A stretch of 64,000 bases of DNA, taken from assembly GCA_963802945.1 (NCBI GenBank), contig CAWDKY010000025.1, forward strand, positions 1-64,000, written 5' to 3'. This DNA is from an uncultured delta proteobacterium. GTDB taxonomy: Bacteria > Desulfobacterota > RBG-13-43-22. The notes under the pieces were generated by a model. That model ran no database searches and had not been told where the DNA came from. It saw only the letters and a program-made list of their open reading frames with translations. The translations under genes and the position numbers were made by a program. Shown piece by piece: positions 9,385 through 19,315 of this stretch. Numbering within the stretch: position 1 is the first letter of the stretch; every line of letters starts with the position of its first letter.

Positions 9385-10026
9385 ATGGACTTAAATAAAG
9401 CCCGAGAAAAGATGGTCCGGGATCAACTTGTTCCCCGGGGGATCAATGATCTGAAGGTGCTGGCGGCCATGAGAACGGTTCCCCGGCATTTGTTTGTCGA
9501 AGAACCCCTTTGGGGCGAAGCCTACAATGACTATCCGGTCCCTATCGGAGAAAGGCAGACCATTTCCCAGCCCTATATCGTAGCCCTGATGACCCAGGCC
9601 CTGGAACTTAAGGGGCAGGAAAAGGTCCTGGAGATCGGTACCGGTTCGGGATACCAGACGGCCATTTTGGCCGAATTATCTAAGAAAGTATTTTCCATTG
9701 AAAGGGTCCGCCCTCTTTATCAAAAAGCCCGCAGGGTTATTGATAAGTTGAAATATTTTAATGTGGTGATCAAGGTGAATGACGGGACCCAGGGCTGGCC
9801 GGAAGAGAGTCCTTTTGATGCCATTATGGTTACAGCCGCCGCTCCGGATATCCCTGCGCCTTTGCTTGAACAATTGGCCTTGAACGGCCGGATGGTCATC
9901 CCGGTGGGAGACCGCTATTCCCAAGCCTTGAAAAAAATCATTAAAACCGAAGATGGATTTCAGGAAGAGGACTTGGGGGGAGTGCGTTTCGTCAGTCTCA
10001 TCGGAGAACATGGCTGGAAATATTAA
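9385..10026 (+). CDS. pcm: Protein-L-isoaspartate O-methyltransferase
   Basis: VPRHLFV, QTISQPYIVA, LEIGTGSGYQTA, PFDAIMVTAA, RMVIPVG. Confidence 0.95.
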   Translation: MDLNKAREKMVRDQLVPRGINDLKVLAAMRTVPRHLFVEEPLWGEAYNDYPVPIGERQTISQPYIVALMTQALELKGQEKVLEIGTGSGYQTAILAELSKKVFSIERVRPLYQKARRVIDKLKYFNVVIKVNDGTQGWPEESPFDAIMVTAAAPDIPAPLLEQLALNGRMVIPVGDRYSQALKKIIKTEDGFQEEDLGGVRFVSLIGEHGWKY

Positions 10027-11362
10027 TCTTTTTGCTTAGACCGAGGACCTGTTCTAAAACCTCATTCAGGTCAAAGGTCAGTAACTTTCTATCCTCCATG
10101 ACCATCCGGCCGTTGATCATGACTGAATGCACATCGGCCCCTCCGGCCGTATAAACCAATATGGAAAAAGGGTCATAACAGGGGAACAGATGGGGCTGAT
10201 TCAGGTCAAGAAAGATGATATCCGCTTTTTTCCCGGGCTCTAATGATCCGACCTCATTTTCAAGACCCAGGACACTCGCCCCTTCGATGGTGGCCATGCG
10301 CAAAACCGTCCGGTCATTCATGACCGTCGGGTCCAGATAATGGACCTTTTCCAGCTTGGCGGCCGTATCCATCTCTTGAAATAAGTCCAGATCATTGTTG
10401 CTGGCACAGCCGTCGGTCCCCAATCCAACCAATACCCCTTTCTCCAGCATTTCGGCTATCGGGGCAATTCCCGAAGCCAGTTTCATGTTACTTTCCGGGC
10501 AATGGGCCACAGCAGTTTGGGTTAGGGCCAAAAGTTCTATTTCTTTCGAATCCACATGAATGGCATGGACGGCGACGGTCTGGTCATCTAATAGATTTAA
10601 TGCCTTTAGGTAGTTAATCGGGGTTTTTCCATAACGGGTTCGGATCGTATCGCATTCTTCCCGGGTTTCCGCTGCATGGATAAAAAAAGAGACTTGTTTT
10701 TCCCGGCATAACGCTTTCACGGTCTTCAAGGTTTCAGAAGAGCAGGTATATGGGGAATGGCAGAATATCCCGGTTTGGATTCGATCGGAGAAACCTTTCC
10801 ACTTTTCCACAAACCGGCGAGCGGTAAGTATATTCTGGGCCGGGTCCGGTATCCCAGGAGCAGGGAAATCCACCACCCCTTGGGATAAAACGGCACGCAT
10901 CCCTGAACGTTCCATGGCATTTACGGCTCCATCCTCACAGAAATAACCGTCAGCGCAGGTGGTGGTCCCCGAAAGGATCATCTCGGCACAGGCCAACAAG
11001 GTTCCCCAATAGACCGACTCCGGATTGATAAAGCGGGCCTCTGCCGGAAAGATGAATTGCTCCAGCCAGGTTTGTAAAGGAAAGTCGTCGGCCAGACCTC
11101 GAAACAAGGTCATGGCCCCATGGGTGTGGGTATTAATCAAGCCGGGCATGACCAGGAGGCCGTGGGCATCAATGGTTTTTTTGGCTGATGGCCAGGGGAG
11201 TCTTGAGTCCTCAGGCTGGAGGAAAACGATCTTGCCACCTTGTATGCCGATGGAACCGGTGAAGGTTTCCGGGTAGTCGGGGGCAAGGGAAAGTATCAGA
11301 CCGTCTCGGATCAGGTAATCTAGATGAAATTGCGGGTTTGGGGTTTCGGATTGTGGAGTCAT
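9998..11362 (-). CDS. Amidohydrolase, MTA/SAH deaminase (MtaD)-like
   Basis: PGLINTHTH, RGLADD, HSPYTC, IHAAET, HCPESNMKLASG, GLGTDGCASNN. Confidence 0.9.
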   Translation of the reverse strand: MTPQSETPNPQFHLDYLIRDGLILSLAPDYPETFTGSIGIQGGKIVFLQPEDSRLPWPSAKKTIDAHGLLVMPGLINTHTHGAMTLFRGLADDFPLQTWLEQFIFPAEARFINPESVYWGTLLACAEMILSGTTTCADGYFCEDGAVNAMERSGMRAVLSQGVVDFPAPGIPDPAQNILTARRFVEKWKGFSDRIQTGIFCHSPYTCSSETLKTVKALCREKQVSFFIHAAETREECDTIRTRYGKTPINYLKALNLLDDQTVAVHAIHVDSKEIELLALTQTAVAHCPESNMKLASGIAPIAEMLEKGVLVGLGTDGCASNNDLDLFQEMDTAAKLEKVHYLDPTVMNDRTVLRMATIEGASVLGLENEVGSLEPGKKADIIFLDLNQPHLFPCYDPFSILVYTAGGADVHSVMINGRMVMEDRKLLTFDLNEVLEQVLGLSKKINISSHVLR

Positions 11363-11437
11363 AGGCTCACGATAAACGATCCAAGAGGTAAGATCCAGGG
11401 TCCATGATGCAAGATAAGTGAGAGATGAACACCGAAC

Positions 11438-12769
11438 TCAAAACTCCGAACTTTTTTTCAAGTCTTCAGCGAATCGCCCCACCTGTCCAAAAATAGTTTT
11501 CAAATTGAGGGTCATAAGCTTCCGATCTTTTAGAACTCTTTGGCCGTTGATAATAACCTGAGTGACATCTGAGCTTTTGGCGGCATAGACTAGATGAGAG
11601 TAAAGGTTATAGAGAGGAGTCAAATGGGGTTTTTTAAGGTCCAAGACAATCACATCGGCCTTTTTTCCCGGTTCCAAGGATCCGATTTTCTGCTCCATCT
11701 GGAGGACCTTGGCCCCCTCAATAGTGGCCATTCGGAGCACGGTTCGGGCATCCATGACCGTGGGATCAGAGAGATGCACTTTATGTAATTTTGCAGCCGT
11801 ATCCATTTCATGAAACAGATCCAGATTGTTGTTGCTGGCGCAGCCGTCGGTCCCCAGGCCGACGGTGATTCCTCGGGACAACATTTTGACCACCGGCGCC
11901 ACTCCTGAAGCCAGTTTCATATTGCTTTCCGGGCAATGGGCCACTTTGACCCGCCCCTTTTGTAAGTCATCCAGATCTTCCGATGAAAGGGCTACACAAT
12001 GAATGGCTATGAGGTTGGGGGCCAGTAGGCCCAATTGTTTCAGGAGACCTACCGGAGAAGTCTGAAACTGCTCTTGAATCTGCTCCACTTCATGGCTGGT
12101 TTCTGAGACATGGACTATAAGTGGTACATTATATTTGTTACACAAGTAACCGGCTTTTTTTAATAAATCAGGTGAGCATGTAAATGGTGTATGGGGTTCG
12201 ATGGCCACGGAGATCAAGGGGTCATTTTTAAAGTCCTGAATCATTTGCAGGGAATACTCAAATCCCTTTTCTATCGGTCCGTAATTGGGGGAAGGAAAAT
12301 CGTAAAGAACTTCCCCTACCAGAGCCCTTATGCCAGCCTCTTTGGCCGCCTTGGCCACCTCGGCCTCAAAAAGGTACATGTCACAAAAGGTGGTGGTCCC
12401 GGAAAGGATCATTTCAGCACAGGCCAGCGAAGTTCCCCAATAGACCCATTGGGCATTGAGTTTTTTTTCAGCAGGAAAGATATGGTGGTTGAGCCAGTCT
12501 TTCAGAGGAAGATCGTCGGCCAGGCCGCGAAAGAGTGTCATGGCCGCATGGGTATGGGTATTGATCAGTCCGGGTAGAACAGCCCCGCCCTGAGCATCCA
12601 GGATCTCCCGGGCTGTGGATTCCAGAGGACGTAATTCTTTTTCCGGGCCTATGGCGGTAATGATATCCCCTTTGATGGCCAGAGACCCAGGTTGATGGAT
12701 TTCCATGGCCGGATTCATGGTAACGATTAAGCCATTTTTAATAAGTAAATCTATATTGTTATTTGACAT
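11438..12769 (-). CDS. mtaD: Amidohydrolase, MTA/SAH deaminase (MtaD)-like
   Basis: PGLINTHTHAAM, GTTTFCDMY, HTPFTC, HVSET, HCPESNMKLASG, GTDGCASNN. Confidence 0.9.
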   Translation of the reverse strand: MSNNNIDLLIKNGLIVTMNPAMEIHQPGSLAIKGDIITAIGPEKELRPLESTAREILDAQGGAVLPGLINTHTHAAMTLFRGLADDLPLKDWLNHHIFPAEKKLNAQWVYWGTSLACAEMILSGTTTFCDMYLFEAEVAKAAKEAGIRALVGEVLYDFPSPNYGPIEKGFEYSLQMIQDFKNDPLISVAIEPHTPFTCSPDLLKKAGYLCNKYNVPLIVHVSETSHEVEQIQEQFQTSPVGLLKQLGLLAPNLIAIHCVALSSEDLDDLQKGRVKVAHCPESNMKLASGVAPVVKMLSRGITVGLGTDGCASNNNLDLFHEMDTAAKLHKVHLSDPTVMDARTVLRMATIEGAKVLQMEQKIGSLEPGKKADVIVLDLKKPHLTPLYNLYSHLVYAAKSSDVTQVIINGQRVLKDRKLMTLNLKTIFGQVGRFAEDLKKSSEF

Positions 12770-12818
12770 TATTCAATTAATTCCTTAAGATTAATTTGTT
12801 TCTGTTATGGATGTCGTA

Positions 12819-14075
12819 CTAATCAATTTTTGCAAGGATCCCTTCAATTAAGGCCATCAATTTGGGTTCCGTATTCCGGGCGGTTTCAACGATGGATTCA
12901 AAGGAGGCCGGTTCCATTCGGTCCGGGCGGTTGACATTGGTAATAACAGAAAAGCCCAGGATGCGCATTCTTAATTGAACGGCTGTGATCACTTCCATAA
13001 TGGTGGACATGCCCACGGCCTGGGCCCCCATGGAGATCAAAAATCGGGTTTCGGCCGGGGTTTCCAAACTGGGTCCTTTAAGACCAACATACACTCCTTG
13101 GCGGAGAGGGAATTTTTGCCTCTCCGCCCATTCTTCAGCCAAAGCCCTAAGTCGGCGATCATAAACTTGAGACATATCCGGAAAACGGGCCCCCCAAGTT
13201 TCCAGATAAGGACCGACCAAAGGATTTTCTCCGGTGTAATTGATCTGATCGGTTACCAGCATGATATCCCCGGCCTGGAAAAGGGGATCCAGCCCTCCGG
13301 CGGCATTGGAGATGATCAGCACCTTAATCCCCAGAGCTGCCAGGACCCGAATCGGAAAACCGATTTTCTGGGCTGTATATCCTTCATAGAGATGGGAACG
13401 ACCTTGTAAAACCAGCACGTTTTTTCCGGCCAGAAGACCCCAAGTCAGTTTTCCCTGATGAGTGTCTACTGTGGAGTGGGGAAATGAGGGTAGTTCCTGA
13501 TAGGAGATGGAAGATGGATTTTGGAGACGGTCGGCCAAACCACCTAGGCCGGTCCCCAAAACGATCCCGATACGGGTATCAGCAGGGATTCGGTCTCTCA
13601 GCAGGGCACGAACCGTCTGGATATTTTTTTCTATGGCTTCCGGTGTTGTTTCCATGGAATCCTCATTTTCTTTTTGCAGGAAATAGTCATTAAGGATCAG
13701 CCCGTGATCAAAGGCCAGAGAAGAGGGCAGGGTGAAGCGGTCAAAAACTCCGATAGCATCGGCATCATCGGCAGCCTTGGGTGTGCCTTCGGCCCGGGCA
13801 ATAAACACGGTGGTGATCGTATGACGGCGAGGGTCGCGATTTGGGTTCGAATAAGTGTGCATCTGCCGAATCAGCTTTACCTTAAGAGAGGTTTCTTCTT
13901 TGGCCTCCCGGACGGCCGCTTGCTCCAGAGATTCCCCATAATCCACAAATCCTCCGGGCAAGGCCCAGCCGAAAGGAGGATTTTTCCTTCGGATTAGGAC
14001 GATCTTTCCCTCTTCGATTTCGATGATGATATCTACGGTCGGGACTGGATTTTTATAAGAGACTGACAAGGTCAT
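12819..14075 (-). CDS. NUDIX hydrolase fused to purine-nucleoside phosphorylase (trimeric PNP-I type)
   Basis: N-term Nudix box [23 protein letters not shown]; C-term [41 protein letters not shown]. Confidence 0.88.
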   Translation of the reverse strand: MTLSVSYKNPVPTVDIIIEIEEGKIVLIRRKNPPFGWALPGGFVDYGESLEQAAVREAKEETSLKVKLIRQMHTYSNPNRDPRRHTITTVFIARAEGTPKAADDADAIGVFDRFTLPSSLAFDHGLILNDYFLQKENEDSMETTPEAIEKNIQTVRALLRDRIPADTRIGIVLGTGLGGLADRLQNPSSISYQELPSFPHSTVDTHQGKLTWGLLAGKNVLVLQGRSHLYEGYTAQKIGFPIRVLAALGIKVLIISNAAGGLDPLFQAGDIMLVTDQINYTGENPLVGPYLETWGARFPDMSQVYDRRLRALAEEWAERQKFPLRQGVYVGLKGPSLETPAETRFLISMGAQAVGMSTIMEVITAVQLRMRILGFSVITNVNRPDRMEPASFESIVETARNTEPKLMALIEGILAKID

Positions 14076-14503
14076 GAGGATTCTTTTCTTCCCAGCCGAT
14101 ATTCAGGGCAGCGTCCCAAACAAGTTTCAATTTTTAAAAGACACTGGGTTTGAACCTGATGGAGACAGGCGGGATGAGTCAGGCCGGATTGAATAAAATT
14201 TTTGCAGGAGACCTTGGCCATTTCTTTTAAACTCTTATTGACAATATATCGCTGGGCGATCCCGCCGTCCCGGTCATGGATGGTCAAGCCGAACCGTTCC
14301 AGACGTTTCAGCCGGTCCAGGGTTTGATGGCCCATACGCTGCCTTTCCACAATGAGAACGCACAGCTTTTCTTCGTCCGGCAGGAGGACCCCAGATTTAA
14401 GGCAATGTCCTCTTTGGTAATACTGGCATTTTTTGCCTGAAAGTTTTTGGACCTTGTCCATACCCGTCGATTTTTGATTTGGGATTGTTGATGGCGGAAT
14501 CAA
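14072..14503 (-). CDS. Cys-rich hypothetical protein
   Basis: 143 aa, eight Cys ([10 protein letters not shown]; C-terminal [16 protein letters not shown]), ATGA overlap with next gene. Confidence 0.6.
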   Translation of the reverse strand: MIPPSTIPNQKSTGMDKVQKLSGKKCQYYQRGHCLKSGVLLPDEEKLCVLIVERQRMGHQTLDRLKRLERFGLTIHDRDGGIAQRYIVNKSLKEMAKVSCKNFIQSGLTHPACLHQVQTQCLLKIETCLGRCPEYRLGRKESS

Positions 14504-14514
14504 AGAAATGGTTT

Positions 14515-14952
14515 TTACTCCTTTGATAAAATTTCGATCGGATCGCCGGGTTTCACCTGTCCCCCTTTAATGATGCGGACAAAAATGCCTTCTCTGGGCA
14601 TGACACAATCCCCGGCCAGACGATAAATGGCACAATGGTCATGGCAGACCTTACCGATCTGAGTCACTTCCACCAAGGCATCCGGTCCCAAGCTCAACCG
14701 GGTGCCCAAGGGAAGTTCCGGCAGTACAATGCCTTCAGTGGTGATGTTTTCGGCAAAGGAACCTGGGCGGACCTTCAACCCCAGACCCTGCATCTTTTTG
14801 ATGCTCTCTATAGCCAGCAGGCTGAGCTGACGATGCCAGGGCCCTCCATGAGCGTCGCCGTTCAAACCGAATTCTTCGACTAACATCCCTTCAGAGATGT
14901 TTTTTTTGGGGACCCCTTTTTGATCGCTGATGGAAACGGCTATGATTTTCAC
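14515..14952 (-). CDS. MOSC domain-containing protein
   Basis: GLNGDAHGG, RQLSLL, PGSFAENIT, VTQIGKVCH, MPREGIF. Confidence 0.9.
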   Translation of the reverse strand: MKIIAVSISDQKGVPKKNISEGMLVEEFGLNGDAHGGPWHRQLSLLAIESIKKMQGLGLKVRPGSFAENITTEGIVLPELPLGTRLSLGPDALVEVTQIGKVCHDHCAIYRLAGDCVMPREGIFVRIIKGGQVKPGDPIEILSKE

Positions 14953-14953
14953 T

Positions 14954-15220
14954 TTATAATTTTTCCCTCCAGAGTTCGAAAACCACGACGTTGTCTGGAT
15001 CAGGACAGGCCACCTGAAGCCGGTCAGGGTCTTTGGACCAGGGAAATTTACCGCCGAATTTTAAGACCGTATAAAAAGGAAATAGGCTCGTTAAAGCCCA
15101 CTGACAAATAGAAGAGCCCACTTCTTTTATTTCAAAGACCTCACCCACCTGATGTCCGTAGGGGCAGGTTCCTTCCCCTTTGATCTCCACAATTTTCCCC
15201 ATGACTTTATATTCGTCCAT
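14954..15220 (-). CDS. TIGR04076-like small protein
   Basis: GTCPYGHQVG, ICQWA, ACPDP, VVFEL pattern. Confidence 0.75.
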   Translation of the reverse strand: MDEYKVMGKIVEIKGEGTCPYGHQVGEVFEIKEVGSSICQWALTSLFPFYTVLKFGGKFPWSKDPDRLQVACPDPDNVVVFELWREKL

Positions 15221-15417
15221 GTTTCAAGTCCGACTGGTATATGGCCTTTTCTGCCTAAGGCGGGTTCGGTGTTCGACAAAATTGTAGGGGAGAAACGAAA
15301 ATTGTCAAGCAATTTTATAAAGCGGGAAAATAGTAGGGTAGGCCAGGAGGTAAGAGAGGGCAGCCTCGAAAAGTGAGCAACATATCAGCCAAATATGCGT
15401 TTCGGTTAGGTGGTTTC

Positions 15418-16122
15418 TCAAAGCATCTTGCAAGCCCCTGAAGGGCAGCGTTTTTCTTTGATGTGGGTTTCGAATTCGTCCTTGAAGTTGGATAGAATCG
15501 ACAGGACGATATGGGAAACTTTACCGGCAAAGGCACAATAAGGGGCTTGCATCATCAACTTAATTAAGGTTTCCATTTCCTGAACGGCATTGGCAGGTGC
15601 CTGACCGCACCTTATGGCCGAGGTGAGATCGGCCAGTTTCTGTACCCCCAGGCGGCAGGGGACACATTTGCCGCAGGATTCATCATAATGGAACTTGATC
15701 AGATACTCGGCCACTTCAACCATGCAACAGGAAGGATCCATGGTCATGATGCAGCCTGTGGTTTTTTCCCAGATCAAATCTCCGCGAATTGATTGCAGGG
15801 GATTAAGACGCAGCAGAGGGAAGACTATTTTCCCCTGTTTAACGGTTTCATTTAAGATGGTTGGAATATGACCTTCTTTAACTTTGCGATAGAAAACACC
15901 CATGTAAGGAAAACTTAGGAATGCCCCATTCTCACAGCTCCCGGAACATCCGCATTTGGCCGGCTCAACGACGACCTTGATATTCAGCTTCCGGGCTTCG
16001 GCGATAAGGCCTTGATAAATAGTCTCCGCCCCGCAGGCCTTATTTTTGGGATTGTTACAAACCGTTATCTTGGGGGTGGTGGCGATTTGGGGTTCGGCAA
16101 TATGTACAGCGGTTCTTGGCAT
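15418..16122 (-). CDS. Thioredoxin-like [2Fe-2S] ferredoxin fused to NuoF C-terminal [4Fe-4S] domain
   Basis: ITVC-x7-C..CSGSC..G; ESCGKCVPCRLG, CAFAG, FETHIKEKRCPSGAC. Confidence 0.8.
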   Translation of the reverse strand: MPRTAVHIAEPQIATTPKITVCNNPKNKACGAETIYQGLIAEARKLNIKVVVEPAKCGCSGSCENGAFLSFPYMGVFYRKVKEGHIPTILNETVKQGKIVFPLLRLNPLQSIRGDLIWEKTTGCIMTMDPSCCMVEVAEYLIKFHYDESCGKCVPCRLGVQKLADLTSAIRCGQAPANAVQEMETLIKLMMQAPYCAFAGKVSHIVLSILSNFKDEFETHIKEKRCPSGACKML

Positions 16123-16151
16123 GACCTATTTAAACTCCATTATAACTAAAA

Positions 16152-16270
16152 AGGGTTCAATCCCGCCATCGGCGGGATAGGATTCCAGGGTTCAAGGGTT
16201 TGTATTTTGAATTAAGAAATCTTTTCACTTGAATCCTTGACCCCTTCTTTTTGCCCCTTGAATCCTTCTT
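16152..16270. repeat. Octamer (GG[A/G]TTCAA) inverted repeat array with embedded CCCGCC-atc-GGCGGG hairpin
   Basis: gggttcaa..ggattcca gggttcaa ... cacttgaatccttgacccc..ccttgaatcc. Confidence 0.75.
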
Positions 16271-16271
16271 A

Positions 16272-17690
16272 TTAAGATATAATCGTCTTGCAGGCCGTCC
16301 GGGCCAGTTCAATAAACCAGGCCGGGAACGTCCCCATCAAGATTATGGCCAGGATCAATCCATAACTTAATAATCGATTGGAAAAATTCAAAGATACTGC
16401 CGGTAATCCATCGGGATCCTGTCCGTAGGCTGTGCGCACGATATTTAAATAATAATAGATTGAAATAGCCGTATTCACAGCGGCGATGATCACCAAAGTC
16501 AAGTGTCCCTGGTTAAGGGCTGCGACGAAAAGAAATAATTTTCCGGTAAAACCGGCTGTAGGGGGAATACCGGCCAGGGCAAAGGCCCCAACAGCCAAAG
16601 TAAAAGCCAATAAAGGCGACCGGCGGTAAAGACCGGAAAGGTCACTGATGGCAACATTTTCACCTTGGCGGGAAACGGCGCAAACCACCAGAAAGCAGGC
16701 CAGGTTCATCAATAAATAGGCGGAGATGTGATATATCGCTGCAGAAAAACCGGCGGTATTCAGAGTCAGGACTCCCAGCAAGACATAGCCGGCATGGGCT
16801 ATACTGGAATAAGCCAACAAGCGTTTGAGGTCTTTCTGAACCAGGGCCGCCAAGTTTCCAAAGGTCATGGAAACGGCGGAGAGTAAAACCAAAACCTGAA
16901 TCAAATCAACGGCACCGCTCCCGGCTAGACTGACCAGCCGAAGCAGAAGGGCCACGGCCCCCAATTTCGGCATGGTGGCCACAAAAGATGCGGTCTCGTT
17001 GGCCGCACCCTGGTAAACATCCGGGGTCCAGAACTGGAAGGGAACCACGGCCAACTTAAAGAAAAATCCGCAGAGAACCAAGAGAAGTCCGATAACGGCT
17101 ATGGGTTCCTTAAGGAGAGACGGCATCTTTTGCAGAATGTCCACTAAATAAGTTGAGCCGGTGACCCCAAAGATATAACTCATTCCAAAAAGCATAACCC
17201 CGGTGGCTGCGGCCCCGAAGATAATGTATTTAATGGCCGCTTCCATTTGTTGGCCGTGGGCCTGATTACGAATCGGGATCAGGACATAGAGGGAATAAGA
17301 GGACAACTCCATGGCAATAAATATAGTCAACAGTTCCACACTGCTGACCATCAACGAAAGACCCAGGGCACTGAGACTCAGAAACATAAAAAATTCCGGC
17401 TGAAGGTGTTCCTCAATGCCTTTTAATTTTCGTCCCAGAACGACAACCAGAAACAGCCCCAGACTGATCAGGCATTTGAAAATCTGAGAAAAAAGATCAA
17501 CCCGGTATGACCGATAGAAGAGCTCTCCCGATTGATTAAGGTTCAACAGAGAGATGATGACTCCAGCGGCGGAAAGAAAAAGGGCCAGTCCCTGATTGAG
17601 GTCAGCCGACGATTTCCACATGGACTGGCAGAAAAAAATCATGGCCATAAAAAGCAGAAAGGTTTCCGGTAGAAATAACGAGAAATCCAT
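16272..17690 (-). CDS. nuoN: NADH-quinone oxidoreductase subunit N
   Basis: EAAIKYIIFG, FKLAVVPFQFWTPDVYQGA, KRLLAYSSIAHAGY, GIPPTAGFTGK. Confidence 0.93.
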   Translation of the reverse strand: MDFSLFLPETFLLFMAMIFFCQSMWKSSADLNQGLALFLSAAGVIISLLNLNQSGELFYRSYRVDLFSQIFKCLISLGLFLVVVLGRKLKGIEEHLQPEFFMFLSLSALGLSLMVSSVELLTIFIAMELSSYSLYVLIPIRNQAHGQQMEAAIKYIIFGAAATGVMLFGMSYIFGVTGSTYLVDILQKMPSLLKEPIAVIGLLLVLCGFFFKLAVVPFQFWTPDVYQGAANETASFVATMPKLGAVALLLRLVSLAGSGAVDLIQVLVLLSAVSMTFGNLAALVQKDLKRLLAYSSIAHAGYVLLGVLTLNTAGFSAAIYHISAYLLMNLACFLVVCAVSRQGENVAISDLSGLYRRSPLLAFTLAVGAFALAGIPPTAGFTGKLFLFVAALNQGHLTLVIIAAVNTAISIYYYLNIVRTAYGQDPDGLPAVSLNFSNRLLSYGLILAIILMGTFPAWFIELARTACKTIIS

Positions 17691-17717
17691 TATGATTCGT
17701 TCCTCAGTAACATAAGA

Positions 17718-19214
17718 CTATTTAACCAGAGCCAGGGCATTCTCGGCTTGCACTTGATCGATCAAATGAGCCACACTGGCATGCATGACATCTAAAAACG
17801 GTCCTGGATTAAATCCGATCCACAATACGAAGACGACCAGAGGGGCCAGATAAATAATTTCCCTGAGATTCATATCCTTAAAGTTGGGATTTCCTTCCCC
17901 GCCCCAGGCGATCTTCTGAAGCAACCGAAGCATATAGGCCGCGGCCAGGACCACGCCGGGGATGGCCAGTGCCCCGATCAGTTTGTGATTCAAAAAGGTC
18001 CCGATCAAAACCAACAGCTCTCCCACGAAGCTGTTGGTCCCAGGAAAGGCCATGGAAGAAAGGCTGAAAAACCCTAAAAACCCTATGTAAATAGGCATGA
18101 TCGAACTGATTCCCGAATTGACCGAAATCAAACGGCTGTGGCTTCTTTCGTAAATGATCCCCACACAGAGAAAAAGCGCCCCGGTGGTGACCCCGTGATT
18201 GATCATTTGCAGGATGGCCCCTTCCAGCCCTTGTTTATTAAAAAGAAAGGTCCCCAGGGTGACAAATCCCATATGGGCCACACTGGAGTAGGCAATCAAA
18301 CGTTTCATATCGCTTTGCCCCAGGGCCACATAGCCTCCATAAAGGATGGAGATGATGGAAATCCCGAAGACATAAGGGGCAAAATAGACGCTGGCCTGTG
18401 GGGTGATGGGCAGGCAAAAACGGACAAACCCGTAGGTCCCCATTTTCAGCAATATGCTGGCCAGGATGACACTGCCGGCGGTCGGGGCCTCCACGTGGGC
18501 GGCCGGTAACCAGGTATGCAGAGGGGCCATTGGGACTTTGATGGCAAAGGCAAATCCCATGGCCAGAAAGATCCAGAACTGAAAGTTAAAAGAAAATTTA
18601 TGGGCCATCAACTCCGGAATGCTGAAGGTCCCGGCGTTCAAATAAAGGGCGATCATGGCCACCAGCAGGAAGACGCTGCCGGCCATGGTATAGATGAAGA
18701 ACTTGATGGAGGCATAGACCTTTTCCGGACCGCCCCAGACGGCGATCAACAGGTACATGGGGACCAGCATGGCCTCAAAGAAAATATAAAAGAGGACGAA
18801 ATCCAGGGCGGAAAAAACACCGACACAGGCCGTTTCAATTAAAAGCAGAGAGAAAAGAAATTCCCTGACCCGTTTCTCAATGTATTTCCAGGAAGCCAGG
18901 ATACAAATAGGCGTGAGCAGAGTGCTTAACAGGACCAGAAGGAGACTGATCCCGTCCACCCCAACGGTGTAATTGATTTTTAACCCGGGGATCCAGGGCC
19001 AATGTTCGGCGAACTGGTATTTGTAGGTGGACAAATCAAACGAAAAATAAAGAGGCAGAGAAAGGGCGAAATTGACGATACTGATGATCAGGGACCAGAT
19101 TTTGGCCGTTGTCTCATTTCGAATGATAAAAAGCACCACGGCCCCGGCCAAAGGCAAAAAGATGAATGTGCTTAAAATGGGATAACTAAGCTGATTGGGA
19201 ATGAGAAAATCCAT
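17718..19214 (-). CDS. nuoM: NADH-quinone oxidoreductase subunit M
   Basis: GVDGISL, IKVPMAPLHTWLPAAHVEAPT, LLKMGTYG, KRLIAYSSVAHMG. Confidence 0.93.
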   Translation of the reverse strand: MDFLIPNQLSYPILSTFIFLPLAGAVVLFIIRNETTAKIWSLIISIVNFALSLPLYFSFDLSTYKYQFAEHWPWIPGLKINYTVGVDGISLLLVLLSTLLTPICILASWKYIEKRVREFLFSLLLIETACVGVFSALDFVLFYIFFEAMLVPMYLLIAVWGGPEKVYASIKFFIYTMAGSVFLLVAMIALYLNAGTFSIPELMAHKFSFNFQFWIFLAMGFAFAIKVPMAPLHTWLPAAHVEAPTAGSVILASILLKMGTYGFVRFCLPITPQASVYFAPYVFGISIISILYGGYVALGQSDMKRLIAYSSVAHMGFVTLGTFLFNKQGLEGAILQMINHGVTTGALFLCVGIIYERSHSRLISVNSGISSIMPIYIGFLGFFSLSSMAFPGTNSFVGELLVLIGTFLNHKLIGALAIPGVVLAAAYMLRLLQKIAWGGEGNPNFKDMNLREIIYLAPLVVFVLWIGFNPGPFLDVMHASVAHLIDQVQAENALALVK

Positions 19215-19315
19215 GTTTGTTAATTTCCCTGAGTTAAATATTAGGTTACGGTACAAGGTTCAAGGTCTAGTAATGTCATGGAATTACCTTGAATCTTAAT
19301 CTTCATACCTGTATT

